Origin: Macrostomum lignano
Lineage: Eukaryota
Assembly (NCBI GenBank): GCA_002269645.1
Contig: NIVC01004790.1
Location: 1-35,009 of the forward strand
Direction of reading: 5' to 3'
DNA length: 35,009 bases
Under the pieces are notes generated by a model. The model searched no databases, was not told the origin of the DNA, and saw nothing but the letters and a program-made list of their open reading frames with translations. A program made the translations under genes and the position numbers. This document shows, one piece after another, positions 11,133 through 22,325 of this stretch (positions are counted from its first letter, which is position 1; each line of letters opens with the position of its first letter).

Positions 11133-14100
11133 ATGGGCTGCTTTCAGCAGCTGCTAGTGTTGCTGGGCCTGCGGCCGCCCAACTATCCGGAGCTGCGAAC
11201 CATCTGCGTCAATCACATGCCAATGAAGAAGGGCGAACAGATTGTTGAGGAGAAATATCCCAACAACCGAGTGGTCACTTCCCGGTACACAATTTTCACT
11301 TTTCTGTTCAAGAATCTGTTCGAGCAGTTCTGCCGAGTTGCCAATTTTTACTTTCTGGTTGTGGCCATCATACAGTTCATCATTGACACCCCCGTTAGTC
11401 CAGCCACCTCGGTAATGCCTCTGGTCATTGTGCTGGCAACAACGGCTATCAAACAGGCCTACGAGGACTTTCTGAGGCACCGAGCGGACAACAAGGTGAA
11501 CAATACGCCAGTGAGGGTGGTCCGCGGAGGCAGCCTGCGGACCATTAAATCCTACGAAGTCTGCGTTGGCGACGTGCTCAGAGTTGACCGCAACGAAAGC
11601 TTCCCCTGCGACTTGCTGCTGCTGTCATCCTCCGATCTCAGCGGCGAGTGCAGTGTCACGACGGCCAACCTTGACGGCGAGACAAACCTCAAGAGCCTAA
11701 TGGCGGTGGAAGCGACCCGCACCTACCAATCTGTCAGCGCAATTCAGAAGCGTTTCCGCGCCAGGATTGGTTGCGAGCAGCCGACATCGGATTTGCACAA
11801 ATTCAAAGGCAACATGACCATTAGGATGGACACGCGCGACGAGCTGAAAATACCGCTGTCAGCGAAGAACATGCTGCTGCGAGGCGCCGTCCTGCGCAAC
11901 ACCGAGTTCGTCTTCGGCGTGGCCATCTACACCGGCCAGGAGACCAAGATGCAGCTGAACTCACAGCGCGGCAAAACTAAGAAATCCGTGGTTGAAAGGC
12001 GCTTGGATCGATTTCTGCTGTGCTTCATGGCCATTTTGTTCTTTCTGGCTATTTTCAGCTCGTCGATGAAGTGGATTTATTTTAGCTTTGACGCCGGCAT
12101 TCACAGCGCCTGGTACCTGCCACCGGAAGAAACGACTGCATGGAGAATTATTCAAGACTTCCTCGGCTTTCTGGTCCTGTTTAACTACCTTATCCCCATC
12201 TCACTCTATGTGACGATCGAACTGCAAAAGTTCCTGGGATCCATGTTCTTCGAAAGCGATCTTGACATGTACTTTGAGGATCCGGACACGGGGGAAAAGT
12301 TTCGAGCACAGGCTAACACCTCCGACCTGAACGAGGAGCTCGGTCAAGTGCAGTACTTGTTCTCTGATAAGACAGGCACGTTGACGGAGAATAAAATGAC
12401 GTTTAGAAACTGTTCCATCGGTTCGAAATGCTACTGCGACATGAACGGTCAATTGTGGCTGACAGAAGACGGTCGACCAGTAAAGAAGCGAGTTCGATTC
12501 GAGCCAGATGAGGAGCTATTCTTTACTGTGCTGGCTCTGTGTCACACAATTCGAGTTGAGGTGCCAAAAAAGTTTGGTCGCGGAGGCCGCGAGATCAACG
12601 AGCGCCTGTACACTGCGGAGGAAGCGCAAACCTACACGTACCAGGCCAGCTCTCCGGACGAGAAAGCCTTTGTTGAGGCCTGTCGCAATTTCGGAATCAT
12701 ATTTCACGGCACAGAAGAGGGCGTGAGCATTATCAGCTACAAGAACGTAATCCACAAATACCGCGTCATGGAAGTTCTAGAATTCGACTCTGACAGAAAG
12801 TGCATGTCGGTGATTCTTCGTCGAGAGAACGGCAGCTACTGGCTGTTGACGAAGGGGGCCGAGAGTTCCATGCTGGACAAGTGCTCCTCAGGCGATAAAG
12901 AATCGATAATCGAACGATCGGCAGAGTTCGCTCGGTTGGGTCTCCGAGTGCTAGTGATTGCTCATCGCCAGCTATCCGAAGATGAGTTCAAGACAATGCA
13001 AGATGCTCTACTCGAGGCCAATCAGGATGTTGCCAACAGGGAGAAGCGAACTGTAGAGGCGTACAAGAGCATCGAGCAAAATCTGGCGGCCATCGGTTGC
13101 ACAGCCATCGAGGACGAGCTTCAAGCCGGTGTCAAAGAGACAATCACAGACCTGAGATCAGCTGGAATCCAGGTGTGGATCCTGACCGGTGACAAGCGAG
13201 AAACCGCCGAGAACATCAGCCTCTCGGCCGGTCACTTCACGGAGTCCATGACGCGCATTCGGATAGTGGAGAAAACGGACATCGAATCTTGCTCTCAGGA
13301 GGTTTTCCGAGGACTCGAGGAAATCTCAGTTGCGTCTATTCCCAGTCAGTACTGCGTTGTGGTTGACGGACAGTCTCTGCAGTATCTGGTCGCCGAGGAC
13401 AAGGAAGCCGAAGATTTGAAGTGGCGATTTCTCGAGCTTTGCCGCAAGACGGCAGCCGTCCTGTGCTGTCGTTGCACTCCTCTGCAGAAGGCCAGAGTAG
13501 TTGCCATGGTGAAGAGCGGCATCAAGCCTATGCCCGTCACCTGCTCGATTGGGGACGGAGCCAATGACGTCTCGATGATCCGCGAGGCGCATGTCGGTGT
13601 CGGGCTATTCGGCAAGGAAGGCCGTGCAGCCGCGCTGAACTCCGACTTCGCGTTGGCCAGGTTCAAATTCCTGCGCAAGACACTGCTGTTCCACGGCCAC
13701 CTGTACTACATCCGACTGGCAATAATGCTGCAGTACTTCTTCTACAAGAACGTGGCTTTTGTAGGCGCGCAACTGTTCTACACTTTCTTCTCCGGTTTCA
13801 GCGCTCAGTCAATGTACGATTCCGTGTTTCTGAGCATCTATAATTTAACTATGACGTCTCTGCCAATTCTAATTTACGGTTTGTTTGAGCAGCACGTGAG
13901 CCGCTCTAGGCTGAATGAAGAACCTGAACTCTACAAGAAAATTGCTCACAATCGCGTGCTGCTGTGGTCAAAACTGCTGGTGTGGTCCGGTCTGGGCTTC
14001 TGGCATTCGGCTTGCTGCTTCTTCTTATTTGTCGGAATTCTGCTTTACAACTCAACTTTTGGGACCTATTTATACGACATTTATAGCTTCGGCTCCGTTG

Positions 14101-14162
14101 TTGTCGAGTTTATTCTGATCTGCGTAACACTCAGACTGGTTATTTTTACATACAGCTTTCAG
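11133..14162 (+). CDS. ATP11: P4-type ATPase (phospholipid flippase), ATP11-like, coding exon 1 (1010 codons)
   Basis: Motifs: LDGETNLK (A domain), PISLYVTIE (P4 TM4 motif), FSDKTGTLT (phospho-Asp), ASSPDE, TGDKRET and IGDGANDVSMI. The TM1-2 segment IQFIIDTPVSPATS..AIKQAYEDFLRH resembles ATP11 proteins. Phase-0 donor CAG|gtaagt at 14162/14163. The specific paralog (A/B/C) cannot be assigned. Confidence 0.93.
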
Positions 14163-14236
14163 GTAAGTCGTCTGTAATCCCATTGCAAAGCTATGCAACA
14201 GACAATTAATTTCTGTTCACGTTTCAAACCTCTCAG

Positions 14237-14503
14237 GTTCCGTTTGTCATCGGAATCGTTGTGACTGTCCTCGGGTTTGCTGGCCTGCTGTCGCTGTACA
14301 ACTATCTGACGCTGCCGTTATTCGGCAACAATCTTGACTTTCTGTGGGTGTACTTTGACATCTGCCAGCAGCCGATAGTGTGGGCCCTGATGCCGCTGGT
14401 TGCTGCTATGGCACTGTTCCCAGATATCCTCATTCGTGTCATGCAGGACACCAAGGAGATGCGAATCATTAGGCAGAGACATTTGGCCAAGTCTCGATTC
14501 GAG
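14237..14503 (+). CDS. ATP11: ATP11-like P4-ATPase, coding exon 2 (last TM helices)
   Basis: A 74-nt intron (14163-14236) ends in ctctcag. The exon reads VPFVIGIVVTVLGF...LFPDILIRVMQ...SRFE in frame and ends at the donor GAG|gtgaga (phase 0). Confidence 0.88.
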
Positions 14504-14774
14504 GTGAGAACATGCACATGTAATTTAACGCCACTGTGGGACGAAATCACAAGATTTGCATTTCTAAATAAAACACCAGAACTTTCAAGAGCCTCAAAGG
14601 CACTCGGCGTACAACTTGCACTACCGTAGTGATAATTTACTAGCTCGTATAATACTGCAGAAAATATCTATGTTGGAAATATGGAGGGTCAGAGCAGTGG
14701 CGATTACCCAAACTTTAATTGCAAGGCCCGTTTCCCTAAAGGTCACCAGTATTTGTTGTCTTGGTGTGCGCCCG

Positions 14775-15277
14775 GCCCTGTCTCTTCGTGGGTGCCCCCG
14801 TCTCTTGGTGGGTAAACCTGTCTTTTAGTTGGCGTCCCTGTCTCTTGGTGGGCGCCCCTGTCTCTTGTTGGCGTCCCTGTCTCTTGGTGGGCGCCCCTGT
14901 CTCTTGGTGGGCGCCCCTGTCTCTTGGTTGGCGTCCCTGTCTCTTGGTGGGTGTCCCTGTCTCTTGGTGGGCGCCCTTGTCTCTTGGTGGGCGTCCTTGT
15001 CTCTTGATTGGCGCCCCTGTCTCTTGGTGGGCGTCCCTGTCTCTTGATTGGCGCCCCTGTCTCTTGGTGGGCGTCCTTGTCTCTTGGTGGGTGTCCCTGT
15101 CTCTTGATTGGCGCCCCTGTCTCTTGGTGGGCGTCCTTGTCTCTTGGTGGGTGTCCCTGTCGTCCCTGTCTCTTGGTGGGTGTCCCTGTCTCTTGATTGG
15201 CGCCCCTGTCTCTTGGTGGGCGTCCTTGTCTCTTGATTTGCGCCCCTGTCTCTTGGTGGGCGTCATTGTCTCTTGAT
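14775..15277. repeat. 20-bp minisatellite (GGGCGCCCCTGTCTCTTGGT)n, about 25 units, intronic
   Basis: Direct reading. The translation has a 20-aa period, equal to 3 units. Confidence 0.95.
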
Positions 15278-15875
<598 letters not shown>

Positions 15876-16999
15876 TTGAGATTTAACATAAAATGTAAAA
15901 ATACTGTGTCGGACGTATGGAGCCACAGTGTGAATTTGAAATTCAAATACTTTTATTTTGACTGATATTCAATGTTCCATTGCCGTTTCTAAGCAACGAT
16001 CAGTGCTTAATATGATCGTAGAAGTAGAAGTCTGCTTCTCCGTTTGCTTCTATTTCTTTCCTTTGTTTCTGCTGAAGGAGCAGCTGCACAGGAAGTCTTG
16101 CATCCTGAAGGCTGCAGCTGCAACTCCTTGTCTTTCTCACTGTCTTTAAAAAGCTTCCAAACAGGCCGTAGTTGCATGCTCAGCACTCTCAACATCGTTT
16201 GCCTTCCACTCTTTCTCGCTTGTTTCCTGTTGAGCACACAAGCAGCTGCAGTCAGGCATCCAGCTCCACTCACTAATGCCCAGTCTCGCATCTATTGTCA
16301 GCAGCCCCCCAGAACGGAAGAGGACAGCCGTGGTACCGTCGGGGTGAGCGCAACTCCGCTCTCCCAGTTTTCCACTTCACTTTTCTGGTCTCTTTCTCCG
16401 TTTTGCTCGAAGTATCCCGCCAAGCTTGGGTTAGACTCTGTCAGCTGCTACTGTCAGTTAAAAGCCTCTGTAGGCATCATACTACTTGTGTATAAGTGCA
16501 TTGCTGCCTTCTGCATTTGCATTAGTAGTTAAAATGTTTGCATGTCTATACGTGCATTTAATGTCAGTCTGGACAATTGCGATAAACAAATTATTTGCCT
16601 GATTAGCAAATGCGCAAATGGCAAAATGCAAATGCGAAATTTGCATAATAAATAAATCTATTTCCGGAAAACCCCGGGGTTAAGACCATAGACTGTAGCT
16701 TCTGCAACTCTCAAGCATTAGCACATAAAGGAAAGCACTTGAAAAGCATTTTTTGAATCTGACTGACATGGTCGCGGTGCTGTGGCCACCGGTCCCAGGG
16801 TTTGGGGTCCTCTGAGACGGCTCGTATCGTACACTATACTATAGTCTATGGCCAGTCCTGCAGACACACTTCGACACGAACGGAATTTGTTTTTTTGCAG
16901 ACTTCTGTATGAACATGTTTAAAAATGCTACCCATGGAAAATATTGTCAATTGTGTACGAGAATTAACGTGACTTTCTCTCAAACTAACTCGCCCGCAG

Positions 17000-17245
17000 G
17001 ATTTGAAGCTTTCAGCTGCAGCCGATTATGGAGTCAACAAGCAGAAAGAGACAGTCCTGTCCACAGACCATGGCTTGAATAGTGATGCAGAGAAGCAGCA
17101 ACAACAGCCGCAGGTGATTTTAAAGTTCCGAGTCAACCAGAAGGCCAATAATGCCTATCACAATTCGGCGTTCAACGCGCAGGAAGAACCGGCGCCTGGC
17201 GAAGCTGGCGAGCGGTACGAAACGTCCGATGCTACAGCTGGATGA
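17000..17245 (+). CDS. ATP11: Probable terminal exon 3 of the ATP11-like flippase (cytoplasmic C-tail)
   Basis: Branch-like ACTAAC at 16984-16989 and acceptor ccgcag ending at 16999. The phase-0 frame DLKLSAAADY...ETSDATAG* is compatible with the exon-2 donor and gives about 1180 aa in total. Inferred from splice signals only. Confidence 0.62.
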   Translation, partial: DLKLSAAADYGVNKQKETVLSTDHGLNSDAEKQQQQPQVILKFRVNQKANNAYHNSAFNAQEEPAPGEAGERYETSDATAG

Positions 17246-19026
17246 CAGACACCTCCCTAGCGACTAGCACTGCATTCAACTCCCAGTTTGCTGTGACAGA
17301 CAAGCCTTTAGTGAACGGAGCCGCTGCCCCCCTCTGTTGAATCCTCTCTCTCTCTTCTCCTCTCCTCCCCTCGCGGCGGGAAGGCAAACAGAAATGCGGG
17401 ATAGAATTTCTGGTAAGGGCGCTGCAGTTTGCCCACGGTCTGCTGGCAGAGCGCCTTCTCCTATACAGCTCTGGCTCTCCTCTTCTCTGCAAGCGCATTT
17501 TAATTCAGCTATAAAAAATTAATGACTCCCAAGCATGCTGAGCGTCAGATTTGCATCTGTCAAACATGCAGTCATATCGTGTGCAGCATTTGGAGTGAGT
17601 TATTTCAACGCGTAAACTTTTTTCTACGGTTTCCATGACGACGAATGCAGCAGCAGAGAATCTGGGAGAGTCTGAGTTGGATGCAGACTAGGGGTTCCTG
17701 TTGGTGGGGAGAGACAGGTGCACTGAAACACCGTTCACATTACCTATTCGCATCTACTTGTGCCATCTTCACGTGTTGACAAGATAAAAACTTTTTTCCA
17801 TTTCCTCGTTGACCCAGTGATGCTTCAGTTCCACCAAAGAGAATTTTCCAAGTCAATTTCAGTTTGTAGCAGAAGCCAAATGCACAGATTAAACTCTGCA
17901 ACAAGTCACCGATTGACTTTTTCGGCACAGAGCCTTTAATCTTGACAATTTAATTTAGATTTATTTTTGTCTTGGCCTTCATAAATCAAACTTTATTTTT
18001 TATTATAACAAAACTGTAATCTTGAGCCAAATCGCTGATCTTACTTTTCTGTCTGCAATTTTACACTTTGATTGCTCTTCTCCAACTCGTGTGCCTTAGA
18101 TACTACTTTCAGCGCTCTTTCGAGCATGATTTTTTTTCCAAAAGAAGCTTGAGGAGCCTTGAATCGTATCTTTACTACTTATAATATATTTCAATAGATA
18201 TGGTCATTGATCTTGTGTGATAAGAGCGTCGTTTTGCTATGAACTGAATATACTAAACAGTCATGCTTATTCACTGAAATACAACGTTGGGCCATGAAAA
18301 GCCTATTGCGTTAGTCTCTGTTAATTAAAGACCAGTCAAAGAGTTTTAAGAGACTGGGTAGGGTCTAAAAAATACTCTTCACAAGTAGCAACGTCGCCAT
18401 AGGCACCAAATTGGACAATTTAAAAGCCCAAACTGCACACACAGTAAGCCACACTATGGAAATAAGATTGAATGAACGCTTTGTGTGCACTTAGCCTACT
18501 GAGAGACTACAGACCCTGTAGACTCTCGTCTCTACCCCCATCTCTTGGCAAACACGCGGCTGCTTAGAGAGACACGCCTTTTGTGGCCAAATGCTCTACT
18601 GTGCAGGTGAGCGGGGGAGAGACAGGAGGAGACAGCAATGCATTAAAGAAGAACGGCGCAATAGCCAACTGGCAAATGCCACTCACTGGCTACCGCGTCT
18701 TTGGAGAGCAAGCTCAGGCCAACAGTAGCAACAATGTCTGTGAGTAAATTATCCATTTTCGAAACTATAAATCATAAATCATAAATAAACTATAAATCAA
18801 ACTATGAAACTATGCATCGGCATATAAGTATATAAATATTAAATTCTTAAGCATAATTGGATCATAATTAATAATCTCAGCTAAAATAGACACGCTTGTA
18901 CAGATGCTTAGGGGCCGTAGCAACTCAGAGCTCGGCCAATCTCCCAGGCTTAAAGCATGGGAGGACATAAGGGGGGACAGAGCCAAAAATGAACATGTAA
19001 ATTATTTCAAGACAAATAGTGTTGTT

Positions 19027-19675
19027 GGTACTCATTTTGGCGCCACAGGCACTCATTTTTGCGCCTCAAGCAGGCACTCATTTTGGCGCCTCAAGAAGGC
19101 ACTCATTTTGGCGCCTCAAGCAGGCACTCATTTTGGCGCCTCAAGAAGGCACTCATTTTGGCGCCTCAAGCAGGCACTCATTTTGGCGCCGCAGGCAGGC
19201 ACTCATTTTGGCGCCTCAAGAAGGCACTCATTTTGGCGCCTCAAGCAGGCACTCATTTTGGCGCCTCAAGCAGGCACTCATTTTGGCGCCGCAGGCAGGC
19301 ACTCATTTTGGCGCCTCAAGCAGGCACTCATTTTGGCGCCGCAGGAAAGCACTCATTTTGGCGCCTCAAGAAGGCACTCATTTTGGCGCCTCAAGCAGGC
19401 ACTCATTTTGGCGCCGCAGGCAGGCACTCATTTTGGCGCCTCAAGAAGGCACTCATTTTGGCGCCTCAAGCAGGCACTCATTTTGGCGCCTCAAGCAGGC
19501 ACTCATTTTGGCGCCTCAAGCAGGCACTCATTTTGGCGCCGCAGGCAGGCACTCAGTTTGGCGCCGCAGGCAGGCACTCAGTTTGGCGCCGCAGCAGGCA
19601 CTCAGTTTGGCGCCGCAAGCAGGCACTCAGTTTGGCGCCGCAGGCAGGCACTCAGTTTGGCGCCGCAGGCAGGCT
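19027..19675. repeat. 25-bp minisatellite (GGCACTCATTTTGGCGCCTCAAGCA)n, about 26 units, intronic
   Basis: Direct reading. The translation has a 25-aa period. Confidence 0.96.
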
Positions 19676-19716
19676 TTCTTGCTCTCAAAACCAAGGAACT
19701 TAATTTAAAATTACAG

Positions 19717-19773
19717 GATGCGGAGGAGGGCAACGCGGAGGAGGTCCTGGAGCTGACTCGCAAGAAGAGAAAC
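19717..19773 (+). CDS. Short internal exon of the EF-hand gene (reading frame ambiguous)
   Basis: Acceptor ttacag|, donor |gtgagc, GC-rich 57 nt. Frame 0 gives DAEEGNAEEVLELTRKKRN. The alternative frame gives GCGGGQRGGGPGADSQEEK. Confidence 0.65.
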
Positions 19774-19861
19774 GTGAGCAATTAACAAAATGATTATCAT
19801 AACATAAGAATGTTAATCAACAACACAGCTACTCAAGCCGATTCCATTCGTTAACCTCTAG

Positions 19862-20017
19862 TGTTCCGCGAGACCTACAACGCGTTGAGCAAAGGCCGGG
19901 GCGACCTGCCGGTCAACCTGATCGGCCAGGCCCTGCGGATGAACAACCAGTGCCCCACCGAGGCTGAGCTACAGAAAATCATCGAGGATCACCGCGATGA
20001 GGATGCCGTGGATCCAG
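19862..20017 (+). CDS. Calmodulin/light-chain-like EF-hand protein, N-lobe exon
   Basis: FRETYNALSKG...IGQALRMNNQCPTEAELQKII matches the calmodulin-family helix pattern (FKEAF...LG.vmR.LG..PTEAELQ.mI). Phase-1 donor G|gtaaag. Confidence 0.85.
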
Positions 20018-20081
20018 GTAAAGTTCCTGTGGTTGATTATTGTCAAAACAATCTTAAATCTTAAATGCTCACTTTTTAAAC

Positions 20082-20668
20082 CAAGGGGCCGGCTAACTCC
20101 CGCCCAGGGGCCACATGCGGCCCGTGAGGCCTCTCTAACCGGCCTTCGGGTCCTTTGAAACTTCAAATAGGTTTGTGTCTCTTCTCAGCTCTCTCAGCTC
20201 TCAGCTCTCTCTCCTCTCCCCTCTCCTCGCTTTCTTCCTCTCCCCTCTCCTCTCTCCTCTCCTTTCCCCTCTCTTCTCTCCCCTCTGCTCTCTCCCCTCC
20301 TCTCCCCTCTCCTTTCTCCCCTCTGCTCTCTCCCCTCCTCTCCCCTCTCCCTCTCCTCTCTCCCCTCTGCTCTCTCCTCTCCTCTCCCCTCTCCTCTCCC
20401 CTCTCCTCTCCCCTCTCCTCTCCCCTCTCCTTTCCCTCTCCTCTCCCCTTTCCTCTCCCCTCTCCTCTCCCCTCTCCTCTCTCCCCTCTCCCCTCTCCTT
20501 TCTCTCCTCCTCTCCCCTCTCCTCTCTCCCCTCTCCCCTCTCCCCTCTCCTTTCTCCCCTCCTCTCCCCTCTCCTCTCCCCTCTCTTTTCCTTTCTCCCC
20601 TATTCCCTCTAGTCTCTTCTTCCGTGGAAAATCTGGCCCTTTAAGTTAAAAAAATTTCCAGACCCCAG
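20082..20668 (+). mobile_element. Non-autonomous hAT-like (Buster/Charlie-type) element with an internal CT-rich expansion, in an intron of the EF-hand gene
   Basis: Degenerate TIRs caaggggccggctaact / aaatttccagaccccag. The flanking 8-mers ttttaaac (20074-20081) and tttcaaac (20669-20676) match at 7/8 positions, with a central TA in the left copy. A second family member is at 4358-4430. Confidence 0.6.
20180..20605. repeat. Polypyrimidine low-complexity tract, (CTCTCCC/CCTCT)n-like
   Basis: Almost only C and T on the + strand. Confidence 0.93.
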
Positions 20669-20821
20669 TTTCAAACCCACGACTTTGTTGCAGGTGTTGA
20701 CTTTAAATTCCTAAAAGATTGAAGTACCTTAGTACTTGGCTGAAAATTGAACGTATGCATTTCAAACAGAATGAGTTACTGAAAACCTATGCTATCCTTG
20801 TTGAACTCTGCTTAATAACAG

Positions 20822-21067
20822 ACGAAATGCCCAAAGTGGACTTTGAAGAGTTCTGCACCATCATGAAAGAAAACTGGAAGACGCGCGACCAGCTGGAAGA
20901 CCAGCTGAAGGCCGCTTTTGCCACCTTCGACAAGGCTGAGAGCGGCATCATCGAGGCCGAGGACTTCAAGAACTGGATGATGACACTCGGCGAGGTGTTG
21001 GAAGAGGGCGAAATCAATGAACTGCTAAAAGATGCTGGCACTCTCGATGGAAAAGTTCCTTACGATC
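20822..21067 (+). CDS. Calmodulin-like EF-hand protein, C-lobe exon
   Basis: Acceptor taacag| (phase 1). Reads DEMPKVDFEEFCTIM...QLKAAFATFDKAESGIIEAEDFKNWMMTLGEVLEEGEINELLKDA..DGKVPYD. Donor C|gtgagt. The EF loops are degenerate. Confidence 0.88.
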
Positions 21068-21329
21068 GTGAGTTTGAAGTATTGTTATTTGATAAGTTAT
21101 TTGAATCTCAATAACTAACAGTGGAGTACTATTGCAATGGGAAGTTACGGGGAGTCATAAGCTGATGTTGTTGACTATTGCAAGGATCTGTCAGGTACGA
21201 GCTAGATAATGACCGATGAATCATGCAGAATCACGTACTCTCCCCCCTCGTCTCCCCTCTCCTCTCCCCTCTCCTCTCTCCCCTCTTCCCTCTCTTATTT
21301 ATGAAGAGTTATTTTTCAAATCTCTTCAG

Positions 21330-21517
21330 AATTCGTTCCGCACCTGCTCGACGCCTACGGTCGTCCGGCCTCTAAAAAGCCGAAGGGCTCGCCAAAAAAG
21401 GTGGCAAAAAGTCAGCTGCAAGTTCCGGCAAAGGAAAAAAGTAGCTGTTGCACTGGAGAAAGAACACTTATGTCAATGCATAAGAGCATTGATATGTCTA
21501 AGAACTTTCCCACTTGA
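21330..21517 (+). CDS. Terminal exon of the EF-hand gene (Lys-rich tail; the true stop may be the TAG at 21442-21444)
   Basis: Acceptor cttcag| (phase 1) gives QFVPHLLDAYGRPASKKPKGSPKK, completing EF4. AATAAA at 21572-21577. Confidence 0.7.
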
Positions 21518-21730
21518 TGTTTTGTAATTTCAACAAACAATATCCTTGCTAATATTTGCGTACTGCATTCAAATAAACACTGCCGATCAAAAAGTAATAT
21601 TTTTATAAACGTATTTTTGGTCGCCAACGACGAGTACACTACGATATCGAAGCCTCAGTTTTTTTAATGCACCAGAAGATTTTGTTTGACTCAGCGAGTT
21701 TCTCAGTCTCGTAGATTTTATGTAGTCACC

Positions 21731-22181
21731 AAGTTTCCACGGGTTTCAGTGGGTTTCATTGCCGTGGGATTCATTTGGTTTCATTGGGTTTCCGTGGGTT
21801 TCAGTGAGTTTCAGTGTGTTTCATTGGGTTTTCGTGGGATTCCTTGGGTTTCAGTGGGTTTCAGTGAGTTTCAGTGAGCTTCAGTAGATTTCAGTGAGTC
21901 TTCAGTGAGTTTCACTGAGTTTGAGTGAGTTTGAGTGAGTTTGAGTGAGTTTCTGTGAGATTTACAGAGTTTCAGTGAGTTTCGATGAGCTTCAGTGAGT
22001 TTCAGAGGGCATCAGTGAGTTTCAGAGGGCATCAGTGAGTTTCAGAGGGCATCAGTGAGTTTCAGAGGGCATCAGTGAGTTTCAGAGGGCATCAGTGAGT
22101 TTCAGAGGGCATCAGTGAGTTTCAGAGGGTGAGTTTCAGAGGGCATCAGTGAGTTTCAGAGGGCATCAGTGAGTTTCAGAG
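21731..22181. repeat. Degenerate 10-bp repeat (GTTTCAGTGA) grading into a 20-bp repeat (GTTTCAGAGGGCATCAGTGA)
   Basis: Direct reading. The 20-mer section runs from about 21999 to 22181. Confidence 0.9.
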
Positions 22182-22201
22182 GACATCCCTCCCTGGATTT
22201 T

Positions 22202-22325
22202 ACTGACTGGGACTCCACTGCCTGTGATGGCATTCCACTGACTGGGATTCTACTGCCTGTGATGGCATTCCACTGACTGGGACTCCACTGCCTGTGATGG
22301 CATTCCACTGACTGGGATTCTACTG
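22202..22325. repeat. 35-bp tandem repeat, about 3.5 units (ACTGACTGGGA[C/T]TC[C/T]ACTGCCTGTGATGGCATTCC)
   Basis: Direct reading. Confidence 0.9.

Noticed and set aside
19027-19675. 200-290 aa ORFs, or a CRISPR-like 25-bp array
   Set aside because: A pure tandem repeat open in all three frames, lying inside an intron.
20155-20649. Ser/Pro/Leu-rich ORFs
   Set aside because: Translations of the CT tract within a transposon-like element in an intron.
20719-20821. N-terminal part of the 131-aa EF-hand ORF
   Set aside because: Intronic read-through. The exon starts at the acceptor ending at 20821.
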